Assembly: GCA_903934015.1 (NCBI GenBank) | Contig: CAIZMI010000022.1 | Coordinates: 1 to 62,323 of the forward strand | Origin: an uncultured bacterium | GTDB taxonomy: Bacteria; Patescibacteriota; Andersenbacteria; UBA10190; CAIZMI01 | Direction of reading: 5' to 3' | Length of the DNA stretch: 62,323 nt | Part shown: positions 61,832-62,323 of the stretch, piece by piece | How the letters are laid out: each line of letters starts with the position of its first letter | Numbering within the stretch: position 1 is the stretch's first letter | Translations under genes and position numbers: made by a program | The notes under the pieces: model-generated | Seen by the model: the letters and a program-made list of their open reading frames with translations, nothing else | Database searches by the model: none | Told to the model about the DNA's origin: nothing

Positions 61832-62146
61832 ATGATTGTGGATATGTTGTTACGGGTTTTGGGGGAGAATCCTGCGGGGTATCCGAGTTTTTCAGATAAA
61901 ATGGCAGGAATAACAGCTGTGTTATTAGGGTATTCAACAATTTATTTTTCATATCTATTTGCAATAATCCCATGGGTTTGGCTTTTGTGGCAAAAAAAGA
62001 AAAAAAGAACGATAACAAAAAAAAAGATTATTGTTGTGGTTATCGTTAGTATTTTATTGTTTTGGCTAGGTTATAATTTGCCATGGTGGATTATTGAAAT
62101 AATGGGTGGAATTACCGTTCGGGGTATTTATGGCGGTCAAATATAG
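61832..62146 (+). CDS. Small membrane protein (104 aa, about 3 TM)
   Basis: Hydrophobic segments ITAVLLGYSTIYFSYLFAIIPWVWLLW and IIVVVIVSILLFWLGY. The start is uncertain because a TATAAT box abuts the ATG at 61832. Confidence 0.5.
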   Translation: MIVDMLLRVLGENPAGYPSFSDKMAGITAVLLGYSTIYFSYLFAIIPWVWLLWQKKKKRTITKKKIIVVVIVSILLFWLGYNLPWWIIEIMGGITVRGIYGGQI

Positions 62147-62323
62147 ACAATTTATTTTCGTTGTTCTTTCCATTTTTGTTCTTTTGTTGCCTGTATTTTC
62201 TGTTCGTGCATCGTGTGACGGCGTTTGTCCGGTTGTGATTGTTCCCGGAATATTAGCGTCTTTTGATAAAAAATTAATGTATCAGGACATCGAAGATAAT
62301 AAATGGAAATTTGTTCCATTTGG
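62130..62323 (+). CDS. Secreted protein, 5' partial (runs off the window), possibly an alpha/beta-hydrolase-type enzyme
   Basis: Signal-like N-terminus FIFVVLSIFVLLLPVFSVRA, then CPVVIVPGILAS, reminiscent of lipase/PGAP1-like N-termini. The assignment is weak. Confidence 0.5.
   Translation, partial: MAVKYRQFIFVVLSIFVLLLPVFSVRASCDGVCPVVIVPGILASFDKKLMYQDIEDNKWKFVPF

Noticed and set aside
1-62323. tRNA, rRNA, tmRNA, RNase P and SRP RNA genes; prophage or IS elements; alternative genetic code
   Set aside because: I found none of the hallmark strings I know (for example GGTTCGAATCC-type T-loops, GAGGAAAGUCC for RNase P, or the SRP GGAA/AGCA domain IV pattern). I recognised no transposase, integrase or capsid-like ORFs. 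TGA clearly terminates well-supported genes (for example at 11309-11311 and 2515-2517), so code 11 fits. Absence is by eye only; tRNAscan-SE and Infernal should confirm it.

Overview
This is a 62.3-kb fragment of an AT-rich, gene-dense bacterial chromosome. All functions below come from motifs I recognised by eye; no homology search was run. The core gene set is murC-murB, two mreB paralogs, secA, secDF, holB, frr, an RseP-like protease, proS, glyA, folD and a large run of GT2/GT4/GT8/GT-C glycosyltransferases. Most host genes lack a Shine-Dalgarno sequence and the intergenic regions carry palindromic repeats. Together this suggests a Patescibacteria/CPR-like organism (inference only). The standard genetic code fits.

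The window has three sectors.

(1) Positions 1-7730 are a GC-rich block. One hand-counted 60-nt line gave about 60% GC, against about 30% for one host line. It holds co-directional, SD-led ORFs: Cys-rich small proteins, a DEAH/HrpA-like helicase and a 527-aa partner. Three copies of an AT-rich, strongly self-complementary repeat of about 175-190 bp (about 210-230 bp with conserved flanks) punctuate the block. The layout looks like a gene-cassette array. This is my top candidate for something undescribed.

(2) Positions 7.8-44.3 kb hold housekeeping genes plus a very large cell-envelope glycosylation locus. An intergenic GC-rich patch near 36.9-37.7 kb carries two tiny well-signalled genes and a 174-nt multi-hairpin element closed by a perfect 15-bp helix.

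(3) Positions 44.3-61.7 kb are an accessory/defence island. Its genes are separated by mosaics of short palindromic repeat modules, one showing a nested insertion flanked by a 10-bp duplication. Contents:
- a class II Fic protein and two HD-domain proteins;
- a tightly coupled five-gene operon: a DUF262/DUF1524 GmrSD-like nuclease, HsdR, a fused HsdM-HsdS, a Zn-ribbon protein and a two-TM protein. The last two are uncharacterised and are a candidate RM-linked effector pair;
- a RelA/SpoT-type HD hydrolase gene, with decayed 5' and 3' remnants of a paralog bracketing a 2.7-kb insert;
- an AAA+ ATPase with a palindromic operator in its promoter.

I recognised no rRNA, tRNA, CRISPR array, transposase, integrase or reverse transcriptase.
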